DNA from: Gammaproteobacteria bacterium
Lineage (GTDB): Bacteria; Pseudomonadota; Gammaproteobacteria; JAJFKG01
Length of the DNA stretch: 64,000 nucleotides
Assembly (NCBI GenBank): GCA_965116795.1
Contig: OZ220716.1
Location: 256,001 to 320,000, forward strand
Direction of reading: 5' to 3'
Part shown: positions 53,381 to 63,674 of the stretch, piece by piece
Layout of the letters: each line of letters opens with the position of its first letter
How positions within the stretch are numbered: the first letter of the stretch is position 1
The notes under the pieces: model-generated
Seen by the model: the letters and a program-made list of their open reading frames with translations, nothing else
Databases searched by the model: none
What the model was told of the DNA's origin: nothing
Made by a program: the position numbers and the translations under genes

Positions 53381-53617
53381 ATGCCAAACATTCGCGTTAG
53401 AGATAATGAACCCTTTGAAGTTGCTTTGCGTCGTTTTAAACGGTCTTGTGAGAAAGCTGGTGTATTGTCAGATATTCGTCGTAAAGATGCTTATGAGAAA
53501 CCAACCACCCAACGCAAACGTAGACGTGCAGCGGCAGCTAAACGGTGGATGAAAAAGATTTCTCGCGAAACACCACAGCCACGTGATTTGCGCATGCGTA
53601 AACGTTATGGAAATTAA
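53381..53617 (+). CDS. rpsU: 30S ribosomal protein bS21
   Basis: [23 protein letters not shown]. Confidence 0.97.
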   Translation: MPNIRVRDNEPFEVALRRFKRSCEKAGVLSDIRRKDAYEKPTTQRKRRRAAAAKRWMKKISRETPQPRDLRMRKRYGN

Positions 53618-53669
53618 TGGCTAAATTCACACATACTGTTGTAAATGGACGGTACAAACTACAGTAATC

Positions 53670-54119
53670 ATGACTACTCAATTAAAAGATTCAATCCAAA
53701 CGGCGATGAAAGAAGCGCTTAAAGCGCAAGATAAGTCGCGATTAGACACTATTCGTTTAATCTGGTCTGCTATTCGTCAACAAGAAATTGATTCACAAAA
53801 TACCTTAGATGATGCCAGCATATTGACGTTACTAGATAAAATGATCAAACAACGTCGTGATGCGATTAAGCAATATAAAGCAGCTAATCGTGATGATTTA
53901 GCTACCCAAGAAGAAAGTGAGATTGTGGTTATCCAAACCTTTATGCCAACACCACTCTCTGACAATGAAATTGATACTCTGATTCAACAAGCCATTCAAG
54001 CTGCTAATGCCACCAATATGCGTGACATGGGTAAAGTGATGGGGTTATTGAAACCCAAATTGCAAGGTCGTGCTGATATGGGTGCTGTCAGTCAACAGAT
54101 CAAAGCTAAATTAGCATAA
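53670..54119 (+). CDS. GatB/YqeY domain protein
   Basis: KMIKQRRDAI.QY; DMGKVMG.LKPKLQGRADM. Confidence 0.93.
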   Translation: MTTQLKDSIQTAMKEALKAQDKSRLDTIRLIWSAIRQQEIDSQNTLDDASILTLLDKMIKQRRDAIKQYKAANRDDLATQEESEIVVIQTFMPTPLSDNEIDTLIQQAIQAANATNMRDMGKVMGLLKPKLQGRADMGAVSQQIKAKLA

Positions 54120-54137
54120 TTTATTTTTGTGAAAAGC

Positions 54138-54310
54138 TATACTCAAAGCGTTTTGAATTTAGGCGAGGCGGCAAGCTTTCGAATCAACAGGAGTGTATTC
54201 AAATACATGACTTTTGTGAAAAAGCTTGCCCAGATCCTGAATCAAGTTCAGGACAAGCTTGATCCAGGAGCGCAGCCAACAAAGCATAAATTTAAAACGC
54301 GAAGAGTATA
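54138..54310 (+). repeat. ERIC-like repeat with doubly nested hairpin insert
   Basis: Termini identical to the 24820 copy; extra inverted 23-bp unit at 54235-54257. Confidence 0.92.
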
Positions 54311-54372
54311 TAGATAAAATCTGATATACTCGCTGATAATCATACGATCATACCAAATCTCGTAGGCAATCA

Positions 54373-56139
54373 ATGGCAAACCGGATCCCACGTGCATTTA
54401 TAGACGATGTATTACTACGTACTGACATTGTTGATGTAATCAGTGAACGAATACGTTTGCGTAAAACCGGCAAAAATTATTCTGGCTTATGTCCTTTTCA
54501 TCAAGAAAAAACACCGTCTTTTAGCGTTAGCCCAGATAAACAGTTTTATCACTGCTTCGGTTGCGGCAAAAGCGGCAATGCAATTGGCTTTTTAATTGAT
54601 TATGATCAATTAACGTTTATTGAAGCCGTTGAACTGTTAGCACAGCATGTTGGTCTAACAGTTCCACGCATTATCAAAAACACACATAAACAACATGATA
54701 ACCAACGAATATATGATCTGATGGCAGTAGCTGCAACATTTTATCAGTCACAGTTACAGCAACACCCACGTAGTAAATTAATTGGATCATACTTAGCTAA
54801 ACGTGGCTTAAAACAAGATGTCATTCAGCATTTTCAACTTGGTTATGCACCACCTGGCTGGGAAAATATATTACAACATGCCATTCAAGCTGGCTTCAAT
54901 ACTACTGAGTTAGTCCAAGCTGGACTGATTATCGAAAAAAATTCCAAAAAACACTATGACCGCTTTCGCGATAGAATCATGTTTCCGATCCGCGATCACC
55001 GTGGACGTATCATCGCTTTTGGTGGACGTGTATTAGATGATAATACGCCGAAATATTTAAATTCTCCCGAAACAGTTGTATTTCATAAAAGCCATGAATT
55101 ATACGGTTTGTTTGAAGCACGACGCGCGTACACTAACTTGCATAGTGTGATTTTAGTTGAAGGTTATATGGATGTATTAGGTTTGTATCAACATGATGTG
55201 CGTTGTGGTGTTGCAACATTGGGTACAGCTGTATCCACATCACATTTCCAACGGTTATTTCGATACACTGATCGCGTTATCTGTTGTTTTGATGGTGATA
55301 CTGCTGGACACAATGCAGCTTGGCGTGCACTAGAAGCAAGTTTGCCGTGCCTAAGTGCAAATAATAGTATTTGCTTTTTATTATTACCAGACGGTGATGA
55401 TCCAGATAGTTTAATTTTAAAAGAAGGCAAAACTCGTTTTATTGAACGTATTCAAGCTACCATGCCATTTTCTGATTTTCTATTATCACAACTGCAAGCA
55501 CAACATGATTTAACTAGTATCGATGGGCGTGCGCGTTTTTTGCAAGCATTACGTCCATTATTAACAAAATTACAAGACCCTGTATTACATACATTGCTCA
55601 CCGAACGCATTGCTGAATTATGCCGTACTACCAACACACAAATCACGCACTTATTAAATGTGTCATCGTCACCATTAACAATGCAGCTAGCAACACCTAA
55701 GCATTCTACCTTACAACGTTTAACACCAATGCGCTTAGCAATTAGTTTGTTGTTGCAATACCCTCAACACGCACAACGTATTTCTAACATCGATACGTTA
55801 ACAACACTTAACTTACCTGGGATAGATATCTTAGTAAATTTACTGACATTACTACGACAAAATCCACAGCTTACTACTGCAATGTTGCTTGAACACTGGC
55901 GTGATACACCACAAACTGTGTATTTACACCAATTAGCTAGTCGGCCACTTACCTTACCTGAAGATGGGATTGGTGATGAGTTAATGGGTACAATCAGCCG
56001 CATTAAACAACAAGCATGCGAAAAGCAAATTGACGCTTTAGTGCAAAAAGCAAAACAGACGACATTATCAGTACAAGAACGTGGACAATTACAAGCATTA
56101 TTACAGCAAACTAGGCAAGATACCCAACCATTGTCATAA
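54373..56139 (+). CDS. dnaG: DNA primase
   Basis: CPFH...CFGC, DRFRDRIMFPI, KYLNSPET, VEGYMDV, DGD.AG, DPD. Confidence 0.97.
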   Translation: MANRIPRAFIDDVLLRTDIVDVISERIRLRKTGKNYSGLCPFHQEKTPSFSVSPDKQFYHCFGCGKSGNAIGFLIDYDQLTFIEAVELLAQHVGLTVPRIIKNTHKQHDNQRIYDLMAVAATFYQSQLQQHPRSKLIGSYLAKRGLKQDVIQHFQLGYAPPGWENILQHAIQAGFNTTELVQAGLIIEKNSKKHYDRFRDRIMFPIRDHRGRIIAFGGRVLDDNTPKYLNSPETVVFHKSHELYGLFEARRAYTNLHSVILVEGYMDVLGLYQHDVRCGVATLGTAVSTSHFQRLFRYTDRVICCFDGDTAGHNAAWRALEASLPCLSANNSICFLLLPDGDDPDSLILKEGKTRFIERIQATMPFSDFLLSQLQAQHDLTSIDGRARFLQALRPLLTKLQDPVLHTLLTERIAELCRTTNTQITHLLNVSSSPLTMQLATPKHSTLQRLTPMRLAISLLLQYPQHAQRISNIDTLTTLNLPGIDILVNLLTLLRQNPQLTTAMLLEHWRDTPQTVYLHQLASRPLTLPEDGIGDELMGTISRIKQQACEKQIDALVQKAKQTTLSVQERGQLQALLQQTRQDTQPLS

Positions 56140-56141
56140 GC

Positions 56142-56333
56142 TATACCCAACGCATTTAGAAATGCGACAAATAGAAGCGACGAATTATTTGAGTTGCAAC
56201 GAAGTATAGACTCAAGCAATTGGATTGTAGGCGAGGCGGCAAGCGATTTTGCCACAGGAGTGTATATAGACACACATGACTGTGGCAAAATCGCGCAGCC
56301 AACAAAGCCTACAATTCAAGGGCGACGAGTATA
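56142..56333 (+). repeat. Tandem short (56142-56208) plus full 127-bp (56207-56333) ERIC-like repeats
   Basis: aggcgaggcggcaag...ggagtgt..acacatgac...gcagccaacaaagc...gagtata; no hairpin insert. Confidence 0.85.
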
Positions 56334-56494
56334 TACCCATCTGCTCTAATATAATCATATTAAAAACAAATGGTTAGCTTGAACAACATCATGCTTGATG
56401 GCGGATAAATGCTAGACGCATGGCAGTTTTTGCGGTAGAATTCGCCTCTTATTTCACGTCAGGCCAATCAATTTCACAATAAAGCGGAGATCCC

Positions 56495-58402
56495 ATGAGT
56501 CGTCAGGAGTTTGACTTTGATCCAGAACGTCGTTCGAAAATCAGTAGTTTAATTGCTATTGGGCAGAAACGCGGCTACTTAAGCTACGCAGAAATTTATG
56601 ATGCGCTACCAGACGACATCGATCCGGACGATGCTGGTAAATTCATGAATAAATGTATTAGCATTGGCATTGAATTGCGTGATGAAAACCCCGGCGATGG
56701 CAGCTTATTAGATAGTGATGACACTCAATCTCCAGATGTCGATGAAGAAGAAGCCGAAGCTGTTGCTGAAGTGTTAGCAACATTATCCATCGATGCAGAA
56801 TTAGGACGCACTACCGATCCAGTACGTATGTACATGCGTGAAATGGGCGATGTTGATTTGTTGACTCGCCAAGGTGAAATTGCCATTGCCAAACGCATCG
56901 AAGAAGGTATCCGCCAAGTTATTTTAACACTAGCTGACTATTCAATTATTAGTGTTGAACTACTTAAGTACTACGGTCGTGTCGAAGCTGGTGAAATGCG
57001 TTTAAGTGATATCATTTCTGGCTTTAACGAAGAAGATGATGAAGTAGCAGCTGCGAATATAGGATCAGTATTACACGAGAAAAAAGAAACTAATGGTGAT
57101 AATGACGACTTACTAACAAGCAATGATGAATTAGATGAAGATGGTGGTGAAGAAGATGACGAAGAAGGTGGTGAAAGTGGTCCTGATCCAGAACGTGCAG
57201 CAGCCTATTTCGGTGACTTACGCAAACTGTTAAATAAAACATTAACTGCTGAAAATAAATATGGACGCGATCACCGTACAGCTAAACGGCACCGTGCCAA
57301 ATTAGCCGATATCTTTGTACAATTCAAATTTACGCCTTCTCAAGTTGATAAACTGGTAAAAAAGATACGTATGTTATCTGCCAAAGTTCGTGAGCAAGAA
57401 AAAATAATTTGGAATTACTGTATTAAGAAAGCAAAAATGCCGCGCAAAGTATTTATCACATCATTTACAAATCATGAGGTTGATGAAAATTGGTTGCCTA
57501 GCGTACTTGAACACGGTGAATCGTATAGTCATGTGCTTAAGCAATTTACAATAGAAATTTTAAGAGCTCAACGTAAATTACGTGAAATCGAAACTGATAA
57601 CAATTTAACGTTTGCTGAAATTCGTGAGTTTAATAAGCGCATGTCAATTGGCGAAGCTAAAACACGACGTGCGAAAAAAGAAATGATTGAGGCTAACTTA
57701 CGCTTAGTGATTTCAATCGCAAAGAAATACACAAATCGCGGATTACAATTTCTAGATTTAATTCAAGAAGGTAATATTGGCTTGATGAAAGCCGTTGATA
57801 AATTTGAATATCGTCGCGGTTACAAATTTTCAACATACGCAACCTGGTGGATCCGTCAAGCCATTACTCGTTCTATTGCCGATCAAGCACGTACTATCCG
57901 TATTCCTGTTCACATGATTGAAACCATTAATAAAATCAATCGTGTTAAACGTAAAATGATGCAAGAGACAGGCGTTGAACCAACGCCTGAAGAGCTGGCT
58001 GAAACAATTGATATGCCAGAAGATAAAATCCGTAAAGTCATGAAGATTGCCAAAGAACCCATTTCGATGGAAACCCCGATTGGTGATGATGAAGATTCAC
58101 ATTTAGGTGATTTTATTGTTGATGCTAATGCATTATCACCTGCAGACACTGCAGAAAATGAAAGTTTACGTGAAGTAGTGAATGAGATATTGGCCGGCTT
58201 AACCCCACGTGAAGCGAAAGTACTGCGGATGCGGTTTGGTATAGACATGAATACCGACCACACATTAGAAGAAGTAGGTAAGCAATTTGACGTGACCCGT
58301 GAGCGTATTCGACAAATTGAAGCAAAAGCATTACGCAAACTGCGCCATCCCAGTCGTTCTGATCGTTTAAGCAGTTTTTTAGATCAAGAAGAGCCAACTT
58401 AA
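56495..58402 (+). CDS. rpoD: RNA polymerase sigma factor RpoD
   Basis: [56 protein letters not shown]. Confidence 0.98.
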   Translation: MSRQEFDFDPERRSKISSLIAIGQKRGYLSYAEIYDALPDDIDPDDAGKFMNKCISIGIELRDENPGDGSLLDSDDTQSPDVDEEEAEAVAEVLATLSIDAELGRTTDPVRMYMREMGDVDLLTRQGEIAIAKRIEEGIRQVILTLADYSIISVELLKYYGRVEAGEMRLSDIISGFNEEDDEVAAANIGSVLHEKKETNGDNDDLLTSNDELDEDGGEEDDEEGGESGPDPERAAAYFGDLRKLLNKTLTAENKYGRDHRTAKRHRAKLADIFVQFKFTPSQVDKLVKKIRMLSAKVREQEKIIWNYCIKKAKMPRKVFITSFTNHEVDENWLPSVLEHGESYSHVLKQFTIEILRAQRKLREIETDNNLTFAEIREFNKRMSIGEAKTRRAKKEMIEANLRLVISIAKKYTNRGLQFLDLIQEGNIGLMKAVDKFEYRRGYKFSTYATWWIRQAITRSIADQARTIRIPVHMIETINKINRVKRKMMQETGVEPTPEELAETIDMPEDKIRKVMKIAKEPISMETPIGDDEDSHLGDFIVDANALSPADTAENESLREVVNEILAGLTPREAKVLRMRFGIDMNTDHTLEEVGKQFDVTRERIRQIEAKALRKLRHPSRSDRLSSFLDQEEPT

Positions 58403-58411
58403 AAAGCAAAC

Positions 58412-58488
58412 GGGCCCATAGCTCAGTTGGTTAGAGCAGAGGACTCATAATCCTTTGGTCGTAGGTTCAAGTCCTACTGGGCCCACCA
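58412..58488 (+). tRNA. tRNA-Ile2 (CAT, lysidine-modified); probable integration site
   Basis: GGGCCCA acceptor, CAT anticodon, CCA; position after rpoD typical of ileX. Confidence 0.88.
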
Positions 58489-58492
58489 ACAA

Positions 58493-58505
58493 AATCAATT
58501 AGTTA
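58493..58505 (+). promoter_or_regulatory. IHF-consensus site at the att junction
   Basis: AATCAATTAGTTA matches WATCAANNNNTTR just after the tRNA 3' end. Confidence 0.55.
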
Positions 58506-59637
58506 CATTGACTTCACTTAATCCCACAAAATCCACTGCGGGAGATTTGCGGGAGCTACGTTGATTAGCACAACGTAGCAACATCAGTGTTGGTGCACTG
58601 TTAGTTTGGTCACATACCAAATTAGCTGCATTCAACAAGTTCTTAATTTCAGCTGCAGAATAATGTGTTGTTATACGTCCTGAACGATGGCCAAGCAAAT
58701 CTTGCCTATCTTCATAGTTGACTCCTGCTGCACGTAAGCGTCTGCCAAATGTATGCTTTAAGTCATGCACGCGCACATGAGATAAATTTGCTTGTTGACG
58801 CGCTTTCTTCCAACCATTATTCAGCATATGTGCCATAGGCTTATTACGATAAGTAAACACATTCTCAGCATTTTTGCCACGCACACGCTCAACAACAGAA
58901 GAAGCAATACGATTCAACACAACTAAACGATCCTCATTATTCTTCACCCTTTCTCCTGGAATAATAAAAACAGATGTACCCAACGCAGGCACAGCCACTT
59001 CCCATTCCCATCTCAATGAACAAATTTCACTATCCCGACATCCGGTATTCACAGCAAATAATGCCATATTACGCAAATGCTCAGGCAACTGTTCGAATAG
59101 TGCTGCTTGCTCATCCCACGTTAGCGGATAAGGCTTTCGCAAATCCGGCTCAGGCAACAACTTTATCTTAGGTGCTGCTGCCAACCACGTTAGACCATGT
59201 TCATCTAACCATTCACTTGCCGCTAGGTTTAAGATACGACGCACCACTTTCAATCCATGATTAATCGTGCGCATCTTAACCCCATCTTTACGCCTCGCTT
59301 CGATAAACCCTTGCAACGAACCCATGTGAATTTGCTCCAACGTCATCTCACCAATATGCATTACCACTAACTTAAGTCGCATTGCATCAGTATCAATACT
59401 ACGTTTATGCTGATTCTCCAATAGGTACTTTGTTGCCGCTTCTCGAAACTTCCGCTTAGGCCGCACCCCATAAATCTGTGCCTGCCTAATCTCTTCAATA
59501 CGCCTTGCTAAGTACGTCTCGGCCTCTTCGAGGTCACCAGTTCCAGTGCTTTCGCAAAGTCGTCTTCCGAAGACCTTTTTGTCAACTTGCCAGATGTCCC
59601 TACGTTTGTAGAGCCCCGGCGTTCTTTTGCGTCCCAT
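58495..59637 (-). CDS. Tyrosine recombinase / phage integrase
   Basis: NTGCR..EI, VHDLKHTFG, LLGH, TTHY. Confidence 0.93.
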   Translation of the reverse strand: MGRKRTPGLYKRRDIWQVDKKVFGRRLCESTGTGDLEEAETYLARRIEEIRQAQIYGVRPKRKFREAATKYLLENQHKRSIDTDAMRLKLVVMHIGEMTLEQIHMGSLQGFIEARRKDGVKMRTINHGLKVVRRILNLAASEWLDEHGLTWLAAAPKIKLLPEPDLRKPYPLTWDEQAALFEQLPEHLRNMALFAVNTGCRDSEICSLRWEWEVAVPALGTSVFIIPGERVKNNEDRLVVLNRIASSVVERVRGKNAENVFTYRNKPMAHMLNNGWKKARQQANLSHVRVHDLKHTFGRRLRAAGVNYEDRQDLLGHRSGRITTHYSAAEIKNLLNAANLVCDQTNSAPTLMLLRCANQRSSRKSPAVDFVGLSEVNVTN

Positions 59638-59864
59638 AGTATCATCCTCCTAGAGTCTGATGCTGTGGCACACCTACTACGCTGCTTATAATGATCTACC
59701 CACGCATCTAAATCAAGTCGGTCAAAAGCAATACTCTTACTCCCAATTGGAATTTCTTGTACAAATGGCCTGACATCCTTATTAAAACGCTGGCTATCCA
59801 TTCCCAAATAACCCGGTGCATCACGCATGCGAATCAGTCGCGGTTGTATCATCAACTTTGACAT
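59508..59864 (-). CDS. Putative excisionase (AlpA/Xis-like HTH)
   Basis: PRLIRMRDAPGYLGMD..RF...VRP; FDRLDLDAWVD; overlaps integrase start. Confidence 0.7.
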   Translation of the reverse strand: MSKLMIQPRLIRMRDAPGYLGMDSQRFNKDVRPFVQEIPIGSKSIAFDRLDLDAWVDHYKQRSRCATASDSRRMILWDAKERRGSTNVGTSGKLTKRSSEDDFAKALELVTSKRPRRT

Positions 59865-60289
59865 GATGATTTACCTTGTTGTAACGGTCTTGATAAAGCA
59901 TTCAACCGTATTGCAATCTTCTTCAGTGCCACTTTCCACTTGACCCATGCAGTTTGTCTGCTCACGCCCAATTCCCAGCATATCGCTCTCCAACGCACGT
60001 GCTCTGCACGTCTCCAAATAAGCTTACGCTCTTCAACCTCAATCCACTGCATCCATGCAAACACCCGCTCTAATGTTGCAATGTCTTCAGGGGTGGCTTT
60101 TAACTGTATTGAACGAGCTTCCATATAAGCTACTTCATACGGTAAGCGCACTATATCAGGCCACGCATTGCTATATCCTTGTAATTGGGTTGATGGTAAT
60201 TTTCGCAAGGTTAATACCGCTTGTCTGAAATGACCTGCTACGATTTGCTCTGTCCAGCATGGTTGTTGTGCCAATTTATTTCGGGACAT
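59852..60289 (-). CDS. Phage HTH protein, DUF6362-like
   Basis: AVLTLRKLP...QGY.NAWP; ERKLIW.RA...RW..IC.ELGVSRQTAW. Confidence 0.7.
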   Translation of the reverse strand: MSRNKLAQQPCWTEQIVAGHFRQAVLTLRKLPSTQLQGYSNAWPDIVRLPYEVAYMEARSIQLKATPEDIATLERVFAWMQWIEVEERKLIWRRAEHVRWRAICWELGVSRQTAWVKWKVALKKIAIRLNALSRPLQQGKSSCQS

Positions 60290-60770
60290 GACTTATTCTC
60301 TGTGTTGTTTGCACATAATGTAACAGCGCCAGTGCATCGGCCTCATTATCATCTTGTGGCTGATACCCCAGCGCTGTTACCGCTTGCATAACATCCTGTT
60401 TATTCGCATTACCTTTACCTGCAACACACTTCTTAATCGTACCTACTGGCACGCCTTGATACGGTATACTGTGTTGCTCACACCATGCACTTAACATTGC
60501 CAAGAACCCGCCGTACACATGCGCCGCATCTGTGCCTAAATGTCGTCGTACTTCTTCAAAGTACACCACATCAATTTTCCCCATCACACTTTTCATATCA
60601 TCTAAAGCGTGTGCAAAACGCAAATAGCGCATACCACCCCCACAAAACCGTTGTGGTTGTAAATCCAATGTGCCACTCATCACATGCCCGTTACTATTAG
60701 ACACTGCCCAACCCGTGGTTGTTCCTAAATCAAGACAACATATTACGGGTTTAGTAAGACGTTTAGTCAT
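60276..60770 (-). CDS. Phage RuvC-like Holliday junction resolvase
   Basis: LDLGTTTGWA, FEEVRRH, VPVGTIKK, DDNEADALAL. Confidence 0.85.
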   Translation of the reverse strand: MTKRLTKPVICCLDLGTTTGWAVSNSNGHVMSGTLDLQPQRFCGGGMRYLRFAHALDDMKSVMGKIDVVYFEEVRRHLGTDAAHVYGGFLAMLSAWCEQHSIPYQGVPVGTIKKCVAGKGNANKQDVMQAVTALGYQPQDDNEADALALLHYVQTTQRISHVPK

Positions 60771-60773
60771 GTT

Positions 60774-61352
60774 CTAATCCCACGGTGTCTGTGTGTTGTT
60801 TGTTGTATTAGTCGATATTGAATGAATTGTCTGTGCAGTTTTACCCATGTAAATCGCATACTCGCTGCGCTCAGGGGTAATGGCTAGCTTAATAACATTC
60901 TTTTCACTGCCATCGGGTTTAATTTCCACATCAATGCGTGCTAAAAACTCAATACCATCTAGCTGACCAAAGTCATTTAGTTGACGGATACGTTGTGCTT
61001 CAGGTGATTTATCACTGCGTGACAAACCGTGTGCTGAATTCAGTATTGCTTTAATGAAACTGCGCCCGCTGTTACCCCAGTGCTCACCTTTATTGCTGTA
61101 CAAGCCAATTAACCCCCACACCTTACGGCGTGCATATCGACCCGCCAATATGGTGAACTCACAATTCAAATACACAGTGCCAGTACAGTTACTCTTAGTT
61201 GCCCAACCTCCTGTCCAGCCACGCTCAGGGTCACTGTAACCACCTGGCTTAATGCACAAACGCACTTTGGCAAAGGTGCCTCTTGGTATAACCTCAAACG
61301 TCATTTGGTCAGTAGCACTATTAAAATTAAACCAATTGCTATCACTACTCAT
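60774..61352 (-). CDS. Phage protein, DUF669-like (putative ssDNA-binding)
   Basis: FN.A..Q, IP.GT, YLNCEFT...G.YARRK.W, acidic/aromatic C-terminus PWD; follows the AAA_24 gene. Confidence 0.6.
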   Translation of the reverse strand: MSSDSNWFNFNSATDQMTFEVIPRGTFAKVRLCIKPGGYSDPERGWTGGWATKSNCTGTVYLNCEFTILAGRYARRKVWGLIGLYSNKGEHWGNSGRSFIKAILNSAHGLSRSDKSPEAQRIRQLNDFGQLDGIEFLARIDVEIKPDGSEKNVIKLAITPERSEYAIYMGKTAQTIHSISTNTTNNTQTPWD

Positions 61353-61356
61353 CTGT

Positions 61357-62235
61357 CTATTCTCCTATTCTCTCAATGGGCATTTCTGTTTGTGTGTTCT
61401 CTGGCAAGTTATACGTTAAGCGTTCACTAACAGGGGTTACTTGTCCTGCAATCTTTTGCATGAGCTTGCCAAGGTGTGGCTCTTCAATGTCACTTAGCCG
61501 ACCAGAACGGTCTTTGGCAGGGTAGCCATGTTCGTTTATCGTATGACACACAAACGCACGATACGTTTGATTATCACTGGTGGTAATATCTGCCATGGTA
61601 ATTACTTCATCCACAATACCAGGCAACTCTAAGCCCGTTTTACTGCCTTCAATCTGAGGTTGAAAGAAGCGATGGTTAAACTCATCCACCTTTTCATCCA
61701 AAATCCCCACAAACCAAATGTGCTTGTGACGAGTGTGTTGCAGTTGCGTTAACCACGCCAACATCTCTTGTCCATGTAACCCATAGGCTGCGCGCATATC
61801 CGGCTTACCACTTCGCTCACTGAAGGCTTGGGGTTGTGCTTTGCACCAGTGAAAACACAACCTGCCGGCAACCGTAATCGAATCAATGAAGAGTGTTTCG
61901 TACTTATCAAATACACTGACATCACCAAACTGTTGGCACGTAGAGTCATAGTGTGCTTGGCTATAGGGTTGCTCATCACTTAATGCGGGGTTAGCACCAC
62001 CAATTAAGACGGCAATATCACGACAGGCTTGCCAGGTGCGTGGGCGAATGGTATCGCCTTGCCAGCCTTCAATGGCTAAATCTCCGGCTTCCAAATCAAT
62101 GAATAAGGTCTTCTTCGCTGGCAGTGTCCATAACAAAGATGTTTTACCGATACCGCTTTTGCCAAAGATACAGCCAGTAATCCCTTTGGTTTCACTGACA
62201 CGCTGACCTGCTGACATAATGGTTAGTGATGACAT
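61357..62235 (-). CDS. Phage AAA_24 / Sak4-like ATPase
   Basis: GKSGIGKT, FIDLEAG, FIDSIT, ELPGIVDEV, AKDRSGRL. Confidence 0.85.
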   Translation of the reverse strand: MSSLTIMSAGQRVSETKGITGCIFGKSGIGKTSLLWTLPAKKTLFIDLEAGDLAIEGWQGDTIRPRTWQACRDIAVLIGGANPALSDEQPYSQAHYDSTCQQFGDVSVFDKYETLFIDSITVAGRLCFHWCKAQPQAFSERSGKPDMRAAYGLHGQEMLAWLTQLQHTRHKHIWFVGILDEKVDEFNHRFFQPQIEGSKTGLELPGIVDEVITMADITTSDNQTYRAFVCHTINEHGYPAKDRSGRLSDIEEPHLGKLMQKIAGQVTPVSERLTYNLPENTQTEMPIERIGE

Positions 62236-62408
62236 GCGCTAACTCCCTTATCTTCTCTAAGTAGCACTAAAACGTCTTTTAGGGTTGAGACACTGTCTAA
62301 ACAGGCTAATAACGTGGTTGCATAGTGTTTCTTGCGGTCTAACTCTTGGGCAGGCAACTCAAGCAACTCATCAATAGACTGATAAAATAAATGGTCTAGG
62401 TACATCAT
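62223..62408 (-). CDS. Short phage hypothetical protein, possibly truncated
   Basis: AGGAGA RBS; overlaps next gene. Confidence 0.5.
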   Translation of the reverse strand: MMYLDHLFYQSIDELLELPAQELDRKKHYATTLLACLDSVSTLKDVLVLLREDKGVSACHH

Positions 62409-62578
62409 GTGGTTCTCCTGTTAACAACTACACCTTACGTTAAGGGCTGTCAGGGATTGATGAGGCACTATGGGAAGGTGATGTCACTGCTTGGCGCAGC
62501 ACAGTAATTTCAATCCCTGACAATGTTGATGCCCTTACTAGTTACATACGAAAAAGAAGTGAAACTGTCCGAGCAATA

Positions 62579-63118
62579 TCAAATAGACTGCTTAAATCCA
62601 TGTCGTATCAGTGCTGCACGCAAACGCAGTAACGTGTCATACAGTGTTGAGCGAGGTATCTTGGTAGCTTGTGCAATTTCTCTAACCGAGTGCGTTTGTA
62701 AGTTGATAAGCAGTATGGCCAAGTGTGGTGGCAACACGTTAGTGATACGCTCTACATCAATCTGCAGTTCATCAATAGCAGTATTAGCAATAACATCACA
62801 CAACTCACCAATGTCACTATCGCTGTGTTGCTCACAGTACGCATCCAGTGACACCGTATTCACATGACGCTTTTGTGCTTTGGCTTTTTCAATCAAGTGA
62901 TAACCGTGATACGTCAATACACGGTCAATGAAGGTTGGCCAACTGGCTTTACTCGCCTCATAGGTGTCTTGGCGCAATAAGAACGCCAATATTAACTCTT
63001 GCTCAATATCTTCTACGTCCATACTGCAGACAGCAGGGTGTCGATGTAGACGGCGAGCATGGTATCGCATTTGGCTAATCAGGTAAGGGGGCAGTCCAGT
63101 GTAATGATTACAACTCAT
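62579..63118 (-). CDS. Phage-encoded ECF/sigma70-like factor
   Basis: EDIEQEL (region 2), VSLD, C-terminal HTH SVREIAQATKIPRSTLY; AGGAGA RBS. Confidence 0.75.
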   Translation of the reverse strand: MSCNHYTGLPPYLISQMRYHARRLHRHPAVCSMDVEDIEQELILAFLLRQDTYEASKASWPTFIDRVLTYHGYHLIEKAKAQKRHVNTVSLDAYCEQHSDSDIGELCDVIANTAIDELQIDVERITNVLPPHLAILLINLQTHSVREIAQATKIPRSTLYDTLLRLRAALIRHGFKQSI

Positions 63119-63674
63119 GTGTTTCTCCTAAATTGAGTTAGCCACCACGTGGGCGGTTCAATCAGGAATGGCAAAATCTTACTGGGCAGGATAAAACGTT
63201 ATCGCAGGTAGTCTCTTAACAACACTCATGTGCTGATTAGCATCAACTTTTCGTTAGTACTTTTTTTCAAAAAATAGGATTGCTCCCGGTAAGAACTTAC
63301 CGAGTGCGTAATGAATGGACTGTGGTGATGAGAAAAGACACTGCGCTAGTACTATTTGAATGGCAGTTACCACATTAAACCCACGCATAACGATACTCAT
63401 CACAACGCCTGCATCATTGTGTATATTTTTAGCGGGGATTTTTGTCAGTAAAAATAAGTACTGACATTCGCTATCGACATTCGATAGTAAAATTCACTGG
63501 CGATATTCACTCGTAAAAATAGGCGTTTAATAGGATGGTCAATCTGATGTAATGTGACTCATCATTCGTGCCAGCGCAGCACAACGTAATAATAATCTCA
63601 TCAAGAATTGGGTTAGTCAGGAGGAATGCAATGGATAGGTAAGTGATGTTTACAAATGGAATTGATACCCACCG

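Noticed and set aside
58412-58488. Calling this tRNA Met
   Set aside because: Acceptor stem and position after rpoD fit Ile2; an elongator Met is at 37091
58750-58775. Integrase HDLKH instead of HxxR as a sign of inactivation
   Set aside because: Recalled as a normal variant in this integrase subfamily; other catalytic residues are present
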